A DNA stretch of 48,848 nt, taken from assembly GCA_030037395.1 (NCBI GenBank), contig JASHRJ010000110.1, positions 1 to 48,848 of the forward strand. Direction: 5' to 3'. Below are positions 47,760 through 48,848 of this stretch, piece by piece. Every line of letters starts with the position of its first letter. Position 1 is the stretch's first letter. The position numbers and the translations under genes are program-made. This DNA comes from Thermoplasmata archaeon (GTDB lineage: Archaea; Thermoplasmatota; Thermoplasmata; Lutacidiplasmatales; UBA184). A model generated the notes under the pieces. The model was not told the origin of the DNA. It saw only the letters and a program-made list of their open reading frames with translations, and ran no database searches.

Positions 47760-48665
47760 GTGGCGGCGCGGCGGCCGCCGGGCGGGCCGCGGGCCCGACC
47801 GGACCGTCCGTTCGCCGAGATCCCGGTCGGACCCGAACGCGCGGTCCGTCTCTGGAACGAGGACGCGCTCGCGGCCCTGCGCCGCCGCGCCCCCCGACCT
47901 ACGGTCGTCGTCACGAGCCCGCCCTACAACCTCCGGGTGCCGTACCGCAGCTACCGGGACGCCCGACCTCGGGCGGAGTACCTGGCCTGGATCCGGCGCC
48001 TCGGGGCGACGGTCGCGGACGTCCTGGACGGGCCCGGCTCCTTCTTCCTCAACGTCGCCGGCTCGCCGAAGGATCCGTGGCTCCCGTGGGACGCCGCCCG
48101 CGAGGTGGGCCGCTCCCTCGTCCTGCAGAACGTCCTGCACTGGATCAAGTCGATCGCCATCGACCGGCGGGCGCTCGGCGTCCGGGGGGCCGGCCCGCGG
48201 GAGGTCGCGGTGGGCCACTACAAGCCGCTCTCCAGCGCCCGGTACGTCCACGGCGCGCACGAGTACGTCTTCCAGTTCACCCACGCGGGCGACGTTCCGA
48301 TCGACCGGCTCGCGATCGGCGTGCCGTACCGCGACCGCTCGAACGTGCGCCGCTGGCGGCGACCCGCCTCGGAGCTGCGGTGCCGGGGGAACACGTGGTT
48401 CCTGCCGTACCCCACGATCCGCTCGCGCGCGCGGGACCGCCCGCACCCGGCGACGTTCCCGGTCGAGCTGCCGGAGTGGTGCTTCCGGCTCCACGGGGTC
48501 GGCCGGATCCGCCAGGCGGCGGACCCGTTCGTGGGGATCGGCGCGAGCGCCGTGGCGGCCGCCCGCCTCGGCCTGGACTTCGTCGGGTTCGATCTGGACC
48601 CAGGGTACCTCGCGGTCGCCGCCGAGCGCGTCCGGGCCGTACGGGGCTTGGCCCCTCCGGCCTAG
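47760..48665 (+). CDS. Site-specific DNA methyltransferase (N4mC/N6mA, beta-class motif order)
   Basis: TSPPYN precedes HPATFPVELP and DPFVGIG. Confidence 0.92.
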   Translation: MAARRPPGGPRARPDRPFAEIPVGPERAVRLWNEDALAALRRRAPRPTVVVTSPPYNLRVPYRSYRDARPRAEYLAWIRRLGATVADVLDGPGSFFLNVAGSPKDPWLPWDAAREVGRSLVLQNVLHWIKSIAIDRRALGVRGAGPREVAVGHYKPLSSARYVHGAHEYVFQFTHAGDVPIDRLAIGVPYRDRSNVRRWRRPASELRCRGNTWFLPYPTIRSRARDRPHPATFPVELPEWCFRLHGVGRIRQAADPFVGIGASAVAAARLGLDFVGFDLDPGYLAVAAERVRAVRGLAPPA

Positions 48666-48848
48666 CGTCCCGATCCGGTCTCGTCCGCGCCGCCGGACCC
48701 GTCGCCCGCCCCCGGCGGGCTCCACGTCTTCATCGGGGTGCGGCGCACCCCGGCCGCGGCGGCAAAGGCGTTCTTCGTACCTTCCTTCGCGCGGTGACCG
48801 GCGCTCACCACGGCGTCGCGCGCGGCGCCGCCGGCCCGGGCGGCCCCC

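Noticed and set aside
362-48725. Many long Arg/Pro/Gly-rich ORFs in the track (e.g. 3913..7662-, 21840..26216-, 41289..44024-)
   Set aside because: They are shadow or antisense frames of real genes, expected at this GC content, and carry no family motifs.
1-48848. CRISPR arrays, transposases, integrases, prophage genes
   Set aside because: No regularly spaced repeats or recognisable mobile-element proteins were seen.
48666-48848. Terminal 183 bp including hairpin GGGGTGC-GGC-GCACCCC
   Set aside because: There is too little context and no supportable ORF or RNA call.

Overview
A very GC-rich archaeal chromosomal segment. Thermoplasmata is my inference, possibly the soil/peat Lutacidiplasmatales type, based on rpl40e, Rpo6, archease, an unlinked 5S rRNA, an intron-containing tRNA-Tyr, a DUF3198-like gene and TATA boxes about 25-35 bp ahead of starts. 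It is mostly housekeeping and metabolic genes: fused ETF beta-alpha, ileS, serA plus class V aminotransferase, a MoxR/DUF58/DUF4129 cluster, trmI, MTAP, translin, transaldolase, endonuclease IV, M1 aminopeptidase, mevalonate decarboxylase, rpiA, pyrH and adk. It also has three tRNAs, two ABC-2 exporters (one with a TetR and a paired operator), a type IV pilus locus with two ATPases, and an orphan DNA methyltransferase. The best hidden signal is an unannotated two-hairpin box H/ACA-like guide RNA (about 14981-15140, minus strand) inside the MoxR cluster. It has two K-turns, two AUA boxes, and pockets complementary to 23S rRNA helix 69 and the helix 92 A-loop. Other notable items: a lone PaaA/BoxB-like di-iron epoxidase paired with an enoyl-CoA hydratase, a Cys-less A-type-carrier/SufT fusion, a degenerate transketolase C-terminal subunit, a bactofilin-like gene, and probable CTG-initiated coupled genes. 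No CRISPR array or transposase was seen. All family calls come from motif recognition by eye; no database search was run.
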